NCBI GenBank assembly: GCA_963749155.1 | Contig: CAVVLO010000002.1 | Location: 1,344,001-1,408,000 of the forward strand | DNA from: an uncultured Armatimonadia bacterium | GTDB lineage: Bacteria > Armatimonadota > Zipacnadia > CAVVLO01 | Direction of reading: 5' to 3' | DNA: 64,000 bases | In this document: positions 1 to 10,214 of the stretch, in pieces | Layout of the letters: every line of letters begins with the position of its first letter | Position numbering within the stretch: position 1 is the first letter of the stretch | Program-made: the position numbers and the translations under genes | Notes under the pieces: generated by a model | What the model was told of the DNA's origin: nothing | Seen by the model: only the letters and a program-made list of their open reading frames with translations | Database searches by the model: none

Positions 1-1059
1 CCACTTAGATATGGTTTCGATGGGTTATTCCTTTCCAATAACTGCACGGTGGACTTCAGGCCGGGTTATGCTTATTACTGGAATGAGGCGGGCGAGAAGG
101 TTCTTTTCGACGAGTGGGAGGTCTATGGCCAGACCCGCCAGGCGCTCAATTTTCTTGATGAGTGCGATGGAGAGGAGCCCTTCTGCCTGTTCGTCTCCTG
201 GCACCCGCCGCATGACAATGTGGAAGGCTACGGCGCCCCGCAGGAGTTGCTGGACCTGTACGACCCGGCGACTCTCAAGCTGCGGCCCAACGCCGAGGAC
301 ACGCCCAAGCGTCGCTCCAACTATCAAGGTCATATGGCGATGTGCACAGGGGTGGATCAGGCCTTTGGCTGGCTGATGGACAAGCTGGAGGAGAAAGGCC
401 TGGCTGATAATACTGTGGTCATTTTTACCTCTGACCACGGCGACACTTTGGGTTCTTGCGGCAGGCCCTGGCCAAAAGGCTTTCCCGAGGACGAATCTGT
501 CCGTGTGCCCTTGATAGCCCGGTGGCCTGGCCATCTGCAAGCAGACCGCAAGAGCGAGCTGCTGGTCGGGACCCTGGACTTGATGCCGACTCTGCTTGGA
601 CTTATGGACTTGCCAATTCCTGCGACCTGCCAGGGTACAGATTTGTCCGGGGCCATCCTGGGGGGGCATGACGATGCCGTAAATTCGGTGCCTCTGTTTA
701 TGCCCTATATGATGCAGGGATGGCGAGGCGTCTACACGCACCGGTTTACTTATACCTTCGATGAGGGAATCGATCAGCCGATCCGGTTTGCCACCTTGTT
801 TGACAGGAAACAGGATCCCCATCAACAGCATAATCTCTTCGGCGATGTGGAGCACGCTTCACTGCAGGCCAGGCTCCACACGGAGAGCCTCAAGTGGATG
901 GAGCGCTTCGAGGATCGTTTCGTGCCAGGGGCAGAGCTCATCAACGCTTGCTTCGGAGAGGCGGGACTCCCAAAGGCAGGCCCTCCCCATCGCGGCACTC
1001 TGCCAGGCCGGCCTCTAGATTTGATTCGCAATCTGCCAGGGTTGGTGGACTTCGGCTAA
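1..1059 (+). CDS. Sulfatase family protein (5'-truncated by window edge)
   Basis: Frame open from base 1. Sulfatase C-terminal motifs PFCLFVSWHPPHD, NTVVIFTSDHGD, ESVRVPLI and DLMPTLL. Confidence 0.85.
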   Translation, partial: PLRYGFDGLFLSNNCTVDFRPGYAYYWNEAGEKVLFDEWEVYGQTRQALNFLDECDGEEPFCLFVSWHPPHDNVEGYGAPQELLDLYDPATLKLRPNAEDTPKRRSNYQGHMAMCTGVDQAFGWLMDKLEEKGLADNTVVIFTSDHGDTLGSCGRPWPKGFPEDESVRVPLIARWPGHLQADRKSELLVGTLDLMPTLLGLMDLPIPATCQGTDLSGAILGGHDDAVNSVPLFMPYMMQGWRGVYTHRFTYTFDEGIDQPIRFATLFDRKQDPHQQHNLFGDVEHASLQARLHTESLKWMERFEDRFVPGAELINACFGEAGLPKAGPPHRGTLPGRPLDLIRNLPGLVDFG

Positions 1060-1880
1060 AGAGGTTTAACGGAAGCGGCGCCTGAGGCGCTCTTCTCCAC
1101 CTGCGCGGGGTTGCCGATGTAGCGGATACTCGCCGCGCCCGAGGCGTTGGCTTTGAGCGAGTTGTTCGCGTTGACGGTCGCCTTGCCCGCGCCTGACAGC
1201 TCGACTGTGACCTCCGCACTGATGAGGTTTTTGGCCTCATACTGCGCCGCGCCTGACAGCACAACTTTTTGTGAGGTGACCTTGCCGGCCAGGTTGGCCT
1301 TCGAGGCGCCCGAGAAGTCGCAGTTGAGGTGTTCTCCCTCCAGCCCTTGCAGGTTGAGGTCGGCTGCGCCGGCGGTCTTGATGGTCAGCTGGTCGAACCT
1401 CAGCGCGGCGCACTCGGCCTTTGTCGCGCCGGCAAGCTCCAGCTTGCGCAGCTCCTTCACCATAAGGTCGAAGTTCAGGTTTGGGCCGGCGCCGAAGTTG
1501 AAACTCAGTTTGGGTTGGACGAAGCGTATATACAGCGTATTGCCGCGCACCTCAGTCTCGATGCGGTCCAACTGGTCCTCTGGCGCGTTCACGGTAAGGC
1601 TCTCGGTGGCGCCCTGGGTGATGTGTAACGCGCCGATCCCTGTCAGTGACACAGCGTTAAAATTAGCTACCGGCCTGGATTCGCTCAAAGTTGGACCTCC
1701 CTGAATAAGGGGAGCGCCTGGCAAGCCTGGAGAGTGCTCCAGGTGCGCCCTCTTAATTATTTGGACGACTCCCAGTGTGATGAAACCGGCAAGCAGGGCG
1801 AGCACCGGCAGCATCAGAAGAAAGACCAGCCAGACTGGTTTGGGCTCACGTTGCCTGGGTTCAGGATTGCTTGCCATCAT
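1056..1880 (-). CDS. Membrane-anchored head GIN / DUF2807-like beta-helix protein
   Basis: N-terminal TM helix, then FNAVSLTG...ITQG..ESLTV and repeated (L/A)SGAS/SGAG units, ending SIRYIGNP. Confidence 0.75.
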   Translation of the reverse strand: MMASNPEPRQREPKPVWLVFLLMLPVLALLAGFITLGVVQIIKRAHLEHSPGLPGAPLIQGGPTLSESRPVANFNAVSLTGIGALHITQGATESLTVNAPEDQLDRIETEVRGNTLYIRFVQPKLSFNFGAGPNLNFDLMVKELRKLELAGATKAECAALRFDQLTIKTAGAADLNLQGLEGEHLNCDFSGASKANLAGKVTSQKVVLSGAAQYEAKNLISAEVTVELSGAGKATVNANNSLKANASGAASIRYIGNPAQVEKSASGAASVKPL

Positions 1881-1965
1881 ATTTCGCAGTATATCACTGG
1901 TCAGGCAGGAAAGAGAGTGGCAAGGGTTGCCGAACTAGCGCGCATCAACTGAGTTGGAGGGACTT

Positions 1966-2721
1966 ATGGAAGGCAAGGTAGTAATCGTAACTGGCGCGGC
2001 GCAGGGCATTGGTTTTGGCATCGCAACGTGCTTTGCGCGCAAGGGCGCCTCTGTTGTCGTGGCGGATATGAACCTCGAGAAGGCCCAGGCGGCCGCCCAG
2101 AAGCTGCCCGCTGAAGGCGCAGGCCCCTGTTTAGCAGTGGAATGTGATATCAGTGACCGCGCTTCTGTCGAGGCTATGATCGAGGCCGTGATGCAGCAGT
2201 ATGGTCAGCTAGACGTCCTCATCAACAACGCGGGCATCTGTCCCTTCATCGACGTGATGCAGATGACCCCTGAAGTCTTCCAGCGGACACTGGATGTGGA
2301 CCTGACGGGCGCCTTCCACTGTACCCAACTGGCGGCTCAGAAGATGATAGAAGCCGGCCGCGGCGGCCGCGTTGTCAACATTACATCTCTTGCCGAGGCG
2401 GTTACGGGACCGGCCCAGGTGGACTATGGCGCAGCAAAAGGCGGCCTCAGGATGCTGACCACCGGCTTCGCAACGGCGCTCGGGCCTCACGGCATCACGG
2501 TGAACGCGGTCGCTCCAGGGATGATCCTCACCCCGATGACCCAGGACCACTGGCTGCAGCCGGGCCCGGCGGAGTTCATCAAGACGCGTGTCCCGGTCGG
2601 CCGTATCGGCACGCCCATCGACATCGGCAACGCCTGCGTCTTTCTTGCCTCGCCCGAGGCCGAGTACATCAACGGCATCAGCCTGCGCGTAGACGGCGGG
2701 CACCAGGCGCTGTGCTACTGA
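1966..2721 (+). CDS. Short-chain dehydrogenase/reductase
   Basis: TGAAQGIG, NNAG, YGAAK (YxxxK) and VNAVAPG. GGAGG RBS upstream of ATG 1966. Confidence 0.9.
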   Translation: MEGKVVIVTGAAQGIGFGIATCFARKGASVVVADMNLEKAQAAAQKLPAEGAGPCLAVECDISDRASVEAMIEAVMQQYGQLDVLINNAGICPFIDVMQMTPEVFQRTLDVDLTGAFHCTQLAAQKMIEAGRGGRVVNITSLAEAVTGPAQVDYGAAKGGLRMLTTGFATALGPHGITVNAVAPGMILTPMTQDHWLQPGPAEFIKTRVPVGRIGTPIDIGNACVFLASPEAEYINGISLRVDGGHQALCY

Positions 2722-2734
2722 GGAGGATTACCAG

Positions 2735-3499
2735 ATGCTGAATATCAATTTGACCGGCAAGCTCGCGGTCGTCACCGGCGCGGCGGGCCAGCTTGGGCGC
2801 GTGATGGCGCGCACCCTCGCCGACTGTGGCGCGGATGTTGTTGTCCACTACAACACCAGCCAGGCGAAGGCCGAAGAAGTCGCCGAGCAAGTGCGAGCCC
2901 TGGGCAGGCGCTCGATGACAGTACGAGCCGATGTCGGCGACCTGGATTCGGTGCTTGCGATGCGCGATAGGGTAGGGGCAGAACTCGGTTCGCCCGATAT
3001 CATCGTGAACAACGCTGTGGCGCAGTATGAGTGGGTAGGCGTGCTGGAGCAGGGAGTCGAGGACTATGAGAGCCAGTTCCGCACCTGCGTGCTGCAGAAC
3101 GTAAATATGGCCAAGGCCTTTGTCCCCGCGATGATTGAGCGGGGCTCTGGACGGGTAATCGCCCTTTCGAGCGAGTGCGCGATGCAGTGTACCCCCAACC
3201 AGTCGGCTTACGTTTCGGGCAAGCGCGGCCAGGATGGCGTACTGCGCGTGCTGGCGCGCGAAGTCGGCCCTCACGGCGTCACGGTCAACCAGGTTGCGCC
3301 CGGGTGGACTATCTCCGACCGCTACCGGGAATCGGGGCAGGAAGTCGTGCCGGAATATTCCGACAACGTGCCTTTGCGCCGACGTGGACAGGACAAGGAG
3401 ATCGCCTACGCGGTGGCTTTCCTGGCAAGCGACCTGGCGGCTTTCATCACAGGGCTTTACCTGCCCGTCACCGGCGGGAATGTAATGCCGACTATCTAG
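2735..3499 (+). CDS. Short-chain dehydrogenase/reductase
   Basis: TGAAGQLG, VNNA, YVSGK and VNQVAPG. GAGGA RBS. Confidence 0.88.
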   Translation: MLNINLTGKLAVVTGAAGQLGRVMARTLADCGADVVVHYNTSQAKAEEVAEQVRALGRRSMTVRADVGDLDSVLAMRDRVGAELGSPDIIVNNAVAQYEWVGVLEQGVEDYESQFRTCVLQNVNMAKAFVPAMIERGSGRVIALSSECAMQCTPNQSAYVSGKRGQDGVLRVLAREVGPHGVTVNQVAPGWTISDRYRESGQEVVPEYSDNVPLRRRGQDKEIAYAVAFLASDLAAFITGLYLPVTGGNVMPTI

Positions 3500-3514
3500 A
3501 GGTAGAAGGACCAT

Positions 3515-5790
3515 ATGTACTATCGCGCCCCCAACAGCGGCCCTGACTGCAGCACCGAGCGTTCTCGGAGGTTGAGAGAGCGCCGCTTCCAGCTTGGTTA
3601 CGCCGGCCTGTCGGAGCCGAAGGCCTACACGCGCCTGGCGGAAGAGGCCAGAAGCGGTGCTGCTCTCGCTGGAGGAAGACCCTGGCCTCGCGCGGGCCTC
3701 GGCGCTGCTGCACGTGGTGGAGCACTGCGAGATTTCACCCGAACCTGATGCCGTGCTGCTTGGGGGAGAGAACCCCTTCTTCTTCAATCTGCTGCTGCCC
3801 GCGCTGCAGGCCGACCGCCACAGCCGCGAGGGGCACGCGCCGCCGGATGAGGAGTCGGGTCGCTTCCGCGCCGCCGGCGGGATGTACGCCGCCTGTTTTG
3901 AAGGACATATCACGCCGGGCATCGAGTTCATCCTCGGGCAGGGCGTCTCGGGGCTGGAGCGCCGGCTGAGAGAACAACTCGACGCGCTGGACCCGGACTC
4001 CGAGGACGCCGCCTCTCGCCGGCGCTTCTGGGAATCGGGCCTCATCGCCTGTCAAGCCTTGCGCCGGTATGCCGAGCGCTACCGGCAGAAGGCACTTCGA
4101 CTTGCGAAGAAGACCACCGACGCAGCTTTCGCCGCGGAATTGCTTGAAGCTGCGGCAGATTCTTGAAAATGTACCCGAGCACCCCGCCCGCAACCTGCGC
4201 GAGGCGCTGCAGAGCTTCTGGCTGGCTTATATCCTCGTGACCACCGAAATGGGCGGCTGTTGTCCTGGCGGTGGGATTGGCCTGGGCCGGCCTGACCAGT
4301 ATCTGCTGCCCTACTATCAGCGCGACCTGGCGGAGGGACGGCTTACCCAAGCGCAGGCGCTGGAACTGATGGAAGTCTTCCTCATCGCCTTCCGCCACGA
4401 GGATTACTTCACCCCGCACCAGTTCGCGACACCCGGCAGCCAGGCCAGCCTTGGCGGCGTCACGCCACTCGGCCAGGACGCCTGGAACGAGCTGACTGAG
4501 GTCCTCCTCGAGGCGTCGCTGCGCGTTCAATTTGGGACGCCGTACCTGTCCCTGCGCCTGCACAAGGGGATGAGCGACCACGCCTGGCAGGTCGCGGCCA
4601 ACTACGTGCTTGGGGGCCTCGGCTTCCCGATTGTGAACGATGAGGTGCTGATTCCGGCCTTCCTGAGGCACGGGCGCGCCCTCTACGATGCGCGCGACTA
4701 TATCTGCAGTTGCTGCTATGAACACACCATCCCCGGCAGAGAGGCCTTCCACCCGAATGGGGCCTATCTCAACCTGCCTCTGGTGCTGGAACTTGCCCTC
4801 ACCGGCGGCCGGAGCCTGCTGACTGGAGAGCAGCTTGGGCCTGAAACGAAACCGCTTTCGGCGATGGAGAGCTTCGATGAGGTCATCGAGGCCTTATTTG
4901 CTCAGCTTGGCGCGGCCCGCGAGAAGATGGCCCGGCTGGTCAACAAGACGGACTCCTCCCACTGCACGAACCGGCGTTATCCGCTGATGTCGGTGCTGAT
5001 GGACGACTGCATCGGACGGGGGAAGGACGTCTGCGCGGGCGGGGCGCGGTACAACCTGACTGGCTGTATCGTCGCCGGACTGCCGAACGTGGTCAACTCC
5101 CTTGCGGCGCTTCGTGAGCACGTCTTCGAGCAGGGCTGTTGCACCCCGGCGGAGCTGCTTGGGGCGCTTGAGAGCGATTTCGAGGGCGAGGAAGAGCTGC
5201 GCCGGCTGCTGCTCTCGGCGCCCAAGTGGGGCAACGGGGAGACTGACACCGACGCACTGGCGCGCCTGGTGACCGACCGCCTGTATGAGGAATACAAAGG
5301 CCTTGCGAACGCGCGCGGAGGCCGCTGGCAGCTGGCACTTTACTCCTTTATGGCCAACTGGGGTTTGGGTGAGGTGTGCGGCGCCTCGGCCGACGGCCGG
5401 CCCGCGAGAGAACACCTGACCCGCAACCTCAACCCCACCTGGGGGACGGACCTCAGCGGCCCGACGGCGGTGCTGAGCTCTCTTTCGGCTATCGACTTCA
5501 CACAGTTTCCAGATGGCAGCGCGCTCGATTTGCGTTTCGACCCGAAGCTTTTCGAGACAAAGGCGGCAAGAGAGAGCTTCGTTGGCTTCCTCAAGGCCTT
5601 CGTGGACCTCGGTGTGATGGAGATGCAGCTCTCCTTCGCCGATGCCGACACGCTCCGCGCCGCTCGCGAGCATCCCGAGCAGCACCAGCATGTGATGGTG
5701 CGCGTGGCGGGCTACAGCGCCCGCTTCATAGACCTCGAGCCCCGCGAGCAGGAAGAGGTCATCAACCGCACCGAGCAAGGGTGGGGGTAA
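3515..5790 (+). CDS. Glycyl-radical enzyme (PFL-like family), split by about 2 frameshifts
   Basis: Joined ORFs 3515-3748, 3594-4166 and 4069-5790 give PARNLREALQSFW, GRPDQYLLPYY, Cys loop CSCCYE, APKWGN and the C-terminal glycyl-radical motif VRVAGYSARF. Confidence 0.85.
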
Positions 5791-5795
5791 GGTGG

Positions 5796-5846
5796 TTGCA
5801 GTCAGCCAGATCGCATCGTATAATCTGAATATCAGACATTCGGATT
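5796..5846 (+). promoter_or_regulatory. sigma70 promoter with overlapping palindromic operator
   Basis: TTGCAG(5796)-17 nt-TATAAT(5819). Inverted repeat AATCTGAAT-N7-ATTCGGATT at 5822-5846 overlaps the -10 box. Confidence 0.65.
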
Positions 5847-5862
5847 TGCCGGAGGCTGGACA

Positions 5863-6165
5863 GTGAGAACAAAAGCCCGCCCAGAAACCAGTAAGGTCGG
5901 CAAGCGTGGGGTGGTGGTTATCCCTGCGAAACTTCGGCAGCGTTTTGGGCTGGAGGAAGGCTCGCTACTCATTGCAGAAGAACGAGATGAAGGGATCTTG
6001 TTGCGGCCTGCTGTGGCGGTACCGGTGGAGACCTATTCTCGCGAGCGCATTGCAGAATTCTTGCTCTCCAACGCTGTCGACGAGTCCGACTACGCCGAGG
6101 CCTGCGAGCGTGTCAGAGCGCTTGGCCTCGACCCCGACACTATCACCCACGAGAAGCCGGAGTAA
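5863..6165 (+). CDS. AbrB/MazE/SpoVT-family DNA-binding protein (antitoxin-like)
   Basis: SKVGKRGVVVIPAKLRQRFGLEEG swapped-hairpin signature. GGAGG RBS. Confidence 0.85.
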   Translation: MRTKARPETSKVGKRGVVVIPAKLRQRFGLEEGSLLIAEERDEGILLRPAVAVPVETYSRERIAEFLLSNAVDESDYAEACERVRALGLDPDTITHEKPE

Positions 6166-6174
6166 CCCATAAGA

Positions 6175-6277
6175 GGGTGTTTCGGTACTTCAGTGCCGAA
6201 ACCAGTTGGGCGCAGGGAGGCGTGAGCGAAGCTCACGAGTTGCCCCTGCACCCTTCGACAAGCTCAGGGCAGGCCCC
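6175..6277. repeat. Cluster of REP-like palindromes
   Basis: GTTTCGGTAC-TTCA-GTGCCGAAAC hairpin. GCAGGG..CGTGAGC-GAA-GCTCACG..CCCTGC element, also at about 9203-9247 and 19036-19080. CCCTTCGACAAGCTCAGGG motif. Confidence 0.65.
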
Positions 6278-6300
6278 CAAACTCGCTACGCACGCAACTG

Positions 6301-9111
6301 CTACTCCCCTTCCACCACCTGGATAGTCCGAGGTTCGATTGTGAGCGGGGCGCCCCAGGGAGTCGTCCGGCTAACCGGCTCATCTCCATTATTGAGATAG
6401 TAAACCTGCTTGCCCGCGCGGCAGGCCAGCACGTTGTCATAAACGCCATCGAGTGGCTCTGAAAGCTGCGCCCATGGGCCCTTTGCCGTGTGGAGCAGCA
6501 GACTCAGGGCCTCCTGGTAGCTCTCCCAGTTGTCCGGCCAGACCACCACGAACCCCTTGCCGAGTGGCTGTACTACGTTTGCAAGCGCGGCTGCCTCGTC
6601 GATGGCCAGATGCGGCTTCAGCGTTGAGGCCGCGACCAGCTCGGAGGGGTCAGTCCCCTCGGCAAACAGGTCTACAGAGTGCACCTGCAGGCCCAGCTTG
6701 CGCGGATCGTTTGGCCCTGGGAGGAAGGTCTTGCTCTCAAACGTCAGGCTGAGAGTGGTCCGGTTGGCCACGAGCTCAGGTGGGATGGCGACCTCCACCA
6801 TCTGATCATCGCCGGCAGAGAGCGACACCATGGGAGCGTCGTTAACCAGCAGCCGCGCGCCCTCGGCTACCTGGGCGGGAACGGTAAGCTGCAGCCTCAG
6901 CTTGAGCGGTCCGCCACCGGGCAGCGGCAGGGAGAGGGACGAATCGCCGCCGGTCCAGCGGTAGGTTGGGTCAGGCTGCTCGAGGGTTGGGTCGGCTCCG
7001 CGCCCCTCCGCGCCATGCCAGAAGGAGGTCAGTACGCCCTCATCCTCGCCGCCGATGTCCACCGAGAGCCCCTTTGGAGCTCCCTCGTCGAACTCTACTG
7101 TAAAGAGCGGTGGTCCCTCGTAGGGCTTGGCGCTGGTCCACTCCGCGGCGCGCCCTTCCACGTCCTGCAGGGGAGTCTGGTCCGCAGGCAGCAGCAGCAC
7201 GCCGCCGGCCTTCACCCAGGCCTCGAGGCGCGTCAGGGTTGAAGCTTCGAGTTTGTCGCCAGCAAGCACCACGACCGCTTTGAAACGCTCCAGCAGGCCA
7301 TCGGAAATCATATTCTCGTCCACGAACTCAAAATTGAGCGCATCGCGCAATTTTGCGGTTCGGTCGAGGAAACCGCCGGTAAGGCCAGTCTCCAGCTCGA
7401 TTGAAGTATTCGGCATCAACGCGGCTACGGTAAGCTGCGGATCGTTGGGGAGGGCGAACTGGGCGTTGTCCATAAAAGTTATGCCAACCGGGCCCGGTTC
7501 CGGCGGCGCCTGCAATAGCATCTTGAAGTAGACGCCTCGCGCCCCGCCCGCGACCAGGTCGAAGACGCGCCCGGCGACGCCCTTGGGCGTATTGGCCCCG
7601 CCCGGCTCGGTGGTGTAGTAGCCCCCGTACAGCCTGCAGGCCGAGGAGACCATCCGCGTGATCGCAAACCCGTTAGCCATATCGTCATTCATATTGGTGA
7701 TGCGGATACCCGCGTCGTATTTGGCGCACATACGCGCCTGGGCGGCGAAATCCGCTCCCAGCAGCGGGTTGCCATCTCCGCCGGTGCACAGGTAGATGGG
7801 CAGGTCAGGATAGAGTTCGCGGCAGGTCTTGACCCAGAACTCGGCATAGTCGGTCATAGACTCGAGGTACCAGTCAACCTGGTCTTTCTTCTGGCGCGCT
7901 GGAGTAGTCTCATACAGCACGATTGGCTGGGCTTCTCCAAAATCCAGTAAGCTGCTGCCCCAGGCGGCATTCAGCTTGGTGATGGCGCCGTATTTGGCTT
8001 CCAGCCAGCGCTGGAAATCCGCTCGCGCATACACATCGCCGCACCACCAGCCCGCGTGAGTGTGTACGCCCTGCATATCGAAGCCACCACCGGCGGGATA
8101 AATGGACTCTCCCCAGTTGCCCGAGATGCCCAGGTTGAGCGCCTCGATGACCTCTGAGGGGTAATGGGCCTTGAACAGCTCCAGGAAACGCCTGACGCCA
8201 GCTTCGAGATTGGGATTCCAGATGGACTGGATGCGTATGGGCGTGTCGTGTTCGAGGCAGATGGCTTCCACGCCGTAATCGGGCGCCCACCACTTGGGGG
8301 TCGAGATATAGGGCCCCATAATGAGGAAGGGCAGCCACTTCAGCCCGTGTTTTGCGAGCTGCGAGACGACAGGGTCGTAAGTCTCATAAGTGATGACGCC
8401 CTGCTCGGGCTCGAGCTGCGCCCAGCCGACATAGCTCTGCAGGCTGGTGATGCCGATCTTCCTGGCTGTTTCATAAGACTGATCCAGCAGGTACGAAGCC
8501 TCCACGGGCTGATGCACCTGCCATTGCTGGATGACCTCGATGCGCGGGTCTACCACTGCGGGCTGCCTCCTTGCGAGTTCAGTCACTGGATCGACCGGCG
8601 GAGTGTAACCGGTCGGCGGCTCGGTCGAGACAATTATCTGCGAGACGGCGAGCTGGCCTGTCGAATAGATGCGGAAATCTGTATCACCGTTTTCGCGGTT
8701 CTTAAACTGGGCAGCTCTGAGCGTGAAGGTCGCGGTGCGCCACTGGCTTCGGCTGCGCTGTTCGAAGGCGCCAGGCGCCTGCCGGTAGGCCAGATCGCCC
8801 TCTCCCGAGTCGTAGTGCAGCTCGATGCGGCCGCGCTGGTCGAAGTAGTCGAAGGTGATGTAGACGGCCTCGCCAAGCGGGAAGCTTTCTGCGACGTCCA
8901 CATAGAGGAAAGAAGCGCCCACCTGCCGGTTGGTGACACGACACTCGCGCCCTCCAAGCGTAGCGGGCAAATTTTGGCCATCTCCAAGACTCGGTATGGT
9001 GAGACCGGAGCCAGTGTTGGTGGGACCAAGCTGGAGGGTGAACCGCGACTGTGCGGCGACCGAGAGCGCAATCAACAGAAGCAGGATAATAACTATCAAT
9101 AAACGGGCCAT
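6301..9111 (-). CDS. Secreted multi-domain glycoside hydrolase (clan A; GH14/GH42-like) with carbohydrate-binding-like domains
   Basis: Signal peptide MARLLIVIILLLLIALSVAAQ. YVGWAQLEPEQG, LGISGNWGE and FQRWLEAKYGAITKLNAAWG. RBS GAGGGAGG. Confidence 0.7.
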   Translation of the reverse strand: MARLLIVIILLLLIALSVAAQSRFTLQLGPTNTGSGLTIPSLGDGQNLPATLGGRECRVTNRQVGASFLYVDVAESFPLGEAVYITFDYFDQRGRIELHYDSGEGDLAYRQAPGAFEQRSRSQWRTATFTLRAAQFKNRENGDTDFRIYSTGQLAVSQIIVSTEPPTGYTPPVDPVTELARRQPAVVDPRIEVIQQWQVHQPVEASYLLDQSYETARKIGITSLQSYVGWAQLEPEQGVITYETYDPVVSQLAKHGLKWLPFLIMGPYISTPKWWAPDYGVEAICLEHDTPIRIQSIWNPNLEAGVRRFLELFKAHYPSEVIEALNLGISGNWGESIYPAGGGFDMQGVHTHAGWWCGDVYARADFQRWLEAKYGAITKLNAAWGSSLLDFGEAQPIVLYETTPARQKKDQVDWYLESMTDYAEFWVKTCRELYPDLPIYLCTGGDGNPLLGADFAAQARMCAKYDAGIRITNMNDDMANGFAITRMVSSACRLYGGYYTTEPGGANTPKGVAGRVFDLVAGGARGVYFKMLLQAPPEPGPVGITFMDNAQFALPNDPQLTVAALMPNTSIELETGLTGGFLDRTAKLRDALNFEFVDENMISDGLLERFKAVVVLAGDKLEASTLTRLEAWVKAGGVLLLPADQTPLQDVEGRAAEWTSAKPYEGPPLFTVEFDEGAPKGLSVDIGGEDEGVLTSFWHGAEGRGADPTLEQPDPTYRWTGGDSSLSLPLPGGGPLKLRLQLTVPAQVAEGARLLVNDAPMVSLSAGDDQMVEVAIPPELVANRTTLSLTFESKTFLPGPNDPRKLGLQVHSVDLFAEGTDPSELVAASTLKPHLAIDEAAALANVVQPLGKGFVVVWPDNWESYQEALSLLLHTAKGPWAQLSEPLDGVYDNVLACRAGKQVYYLNNGDEPVSRTTPWGAPLTIEPRTIQVVEGE

Positions 9112-9254
9112 CAGGGCCTCCCTCGCAGCTTGAGGAATCGGTGACTCCACTTTCGCCAGCGAGAGGGAACTCCCTGCGAGTCAAAGGGCACTACCCAGTG
9201 AGGGGGTGCAGGGGCAACTCGTGAGCTTTGCTCACGCCGCCCCTGCGTTTTTAG
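9109..9254 (-). repeat. About 145 bp 5'-leader repeat, inverted copy of 19029-19174
   Basis: Reverse complement matches 19029-19174 with only a handful of substitutions and ends at the ATG of each gene. Confidence 0.9.
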
Positions 9255-9267
9255 CCTGAAAAATCCA

Positions 9268-10214
9268 TCAGGACTTGGCGGGCTTCTTCACAGGCTCGAG
9301 TTCGATCTCCAGCGAATCGAAATACGCCCCGTAGTCGCCGGAGGAGAAGTCGAGGTCGGTGTCGGAGATTGAGCCGTAGCTTGCTGAAGGTACCAGCCAT
9401 CTAGCGCCATACACACGTAGTACCAGACCCCCGGGCATAGCACGAGTGTCGGTCGCTCTGTCGAGTCTGCAGTCCAATACGTTGCAGCAGATTCCGAGAC
9501 AATCGGGGTGTCGATCCGGCGGTCGGTTACGGAGGCCACCCAGGTTGATCAGAGTGCCCTACAACACCCAGCGCCTGGCTCCGCGCGAGCGCGAGACAAT
9601 GGCGTCCCAGGACTGCAGCGACGGCCGCGGTTCGCGGACGGTGGGGTGCCGAAGATGTCCAGGCCTGTGCTGCGAGGTAGAACCCCGTTGTGCAGTAACT
9701 CCCCCGTCGATAACCATCTCCTCGATGCCAGAGGGTCGCGAGAGCTGATAGTCAGAGCAGTGGATAGTCCCCGCAGATGTCTTCCTCCACACGTGACGCT
9801 GGAGAGCCTGTGCGCGGACTCTACCTGGAACGCGAGGCCCACGCTACTCCACGCATGCTGACTGCCAGTTATGAGGCACGGAGCATCGACGCTGGCTACC
9901 ACGTTCGGGGGCAAGGAGTGCACGAGATGCACAGCGCACCGGCGCGCGACGCGTTCGATACTACCAGTGGGTATCATTGAACGCGGTGGGGAACAGAGGC
10001 CCCGGCAGTGGATCCAGGCCGGCAGCAGTACAGGTCGCGAGAGCCGACCCCAGGTGGACTGAGCGGCTGGCACGCATGTCGAACCGCATGGCTAAGCGTC
10101 GCAGAGTCTGGGATACGTGGCACCGTCGGTAAGTGTAAACGGCTTTTCGGCCGTCGCCAAAGGCATGGTGCAAGCGAGCACAATGAGGAACAGAAGCAGG
10201 CTGAGGCGGCGCAT
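9268..10214 (-). pseudogene. Secreted hypothetical protein, multiply frameshifted paralog of 15845-16893
   Basis: Signal peptide MRRLSLLLFLIVLACT. Fragments RIPDSAT, AWSSVGLAFQVESAHRLSSVTCGG and PTLVLCPG, plus tail SDTDLDFSSGDYGAYFDSLEIELEPVKK, align to the right-hand paralog but lie in different frames. Confidence 0.65.
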
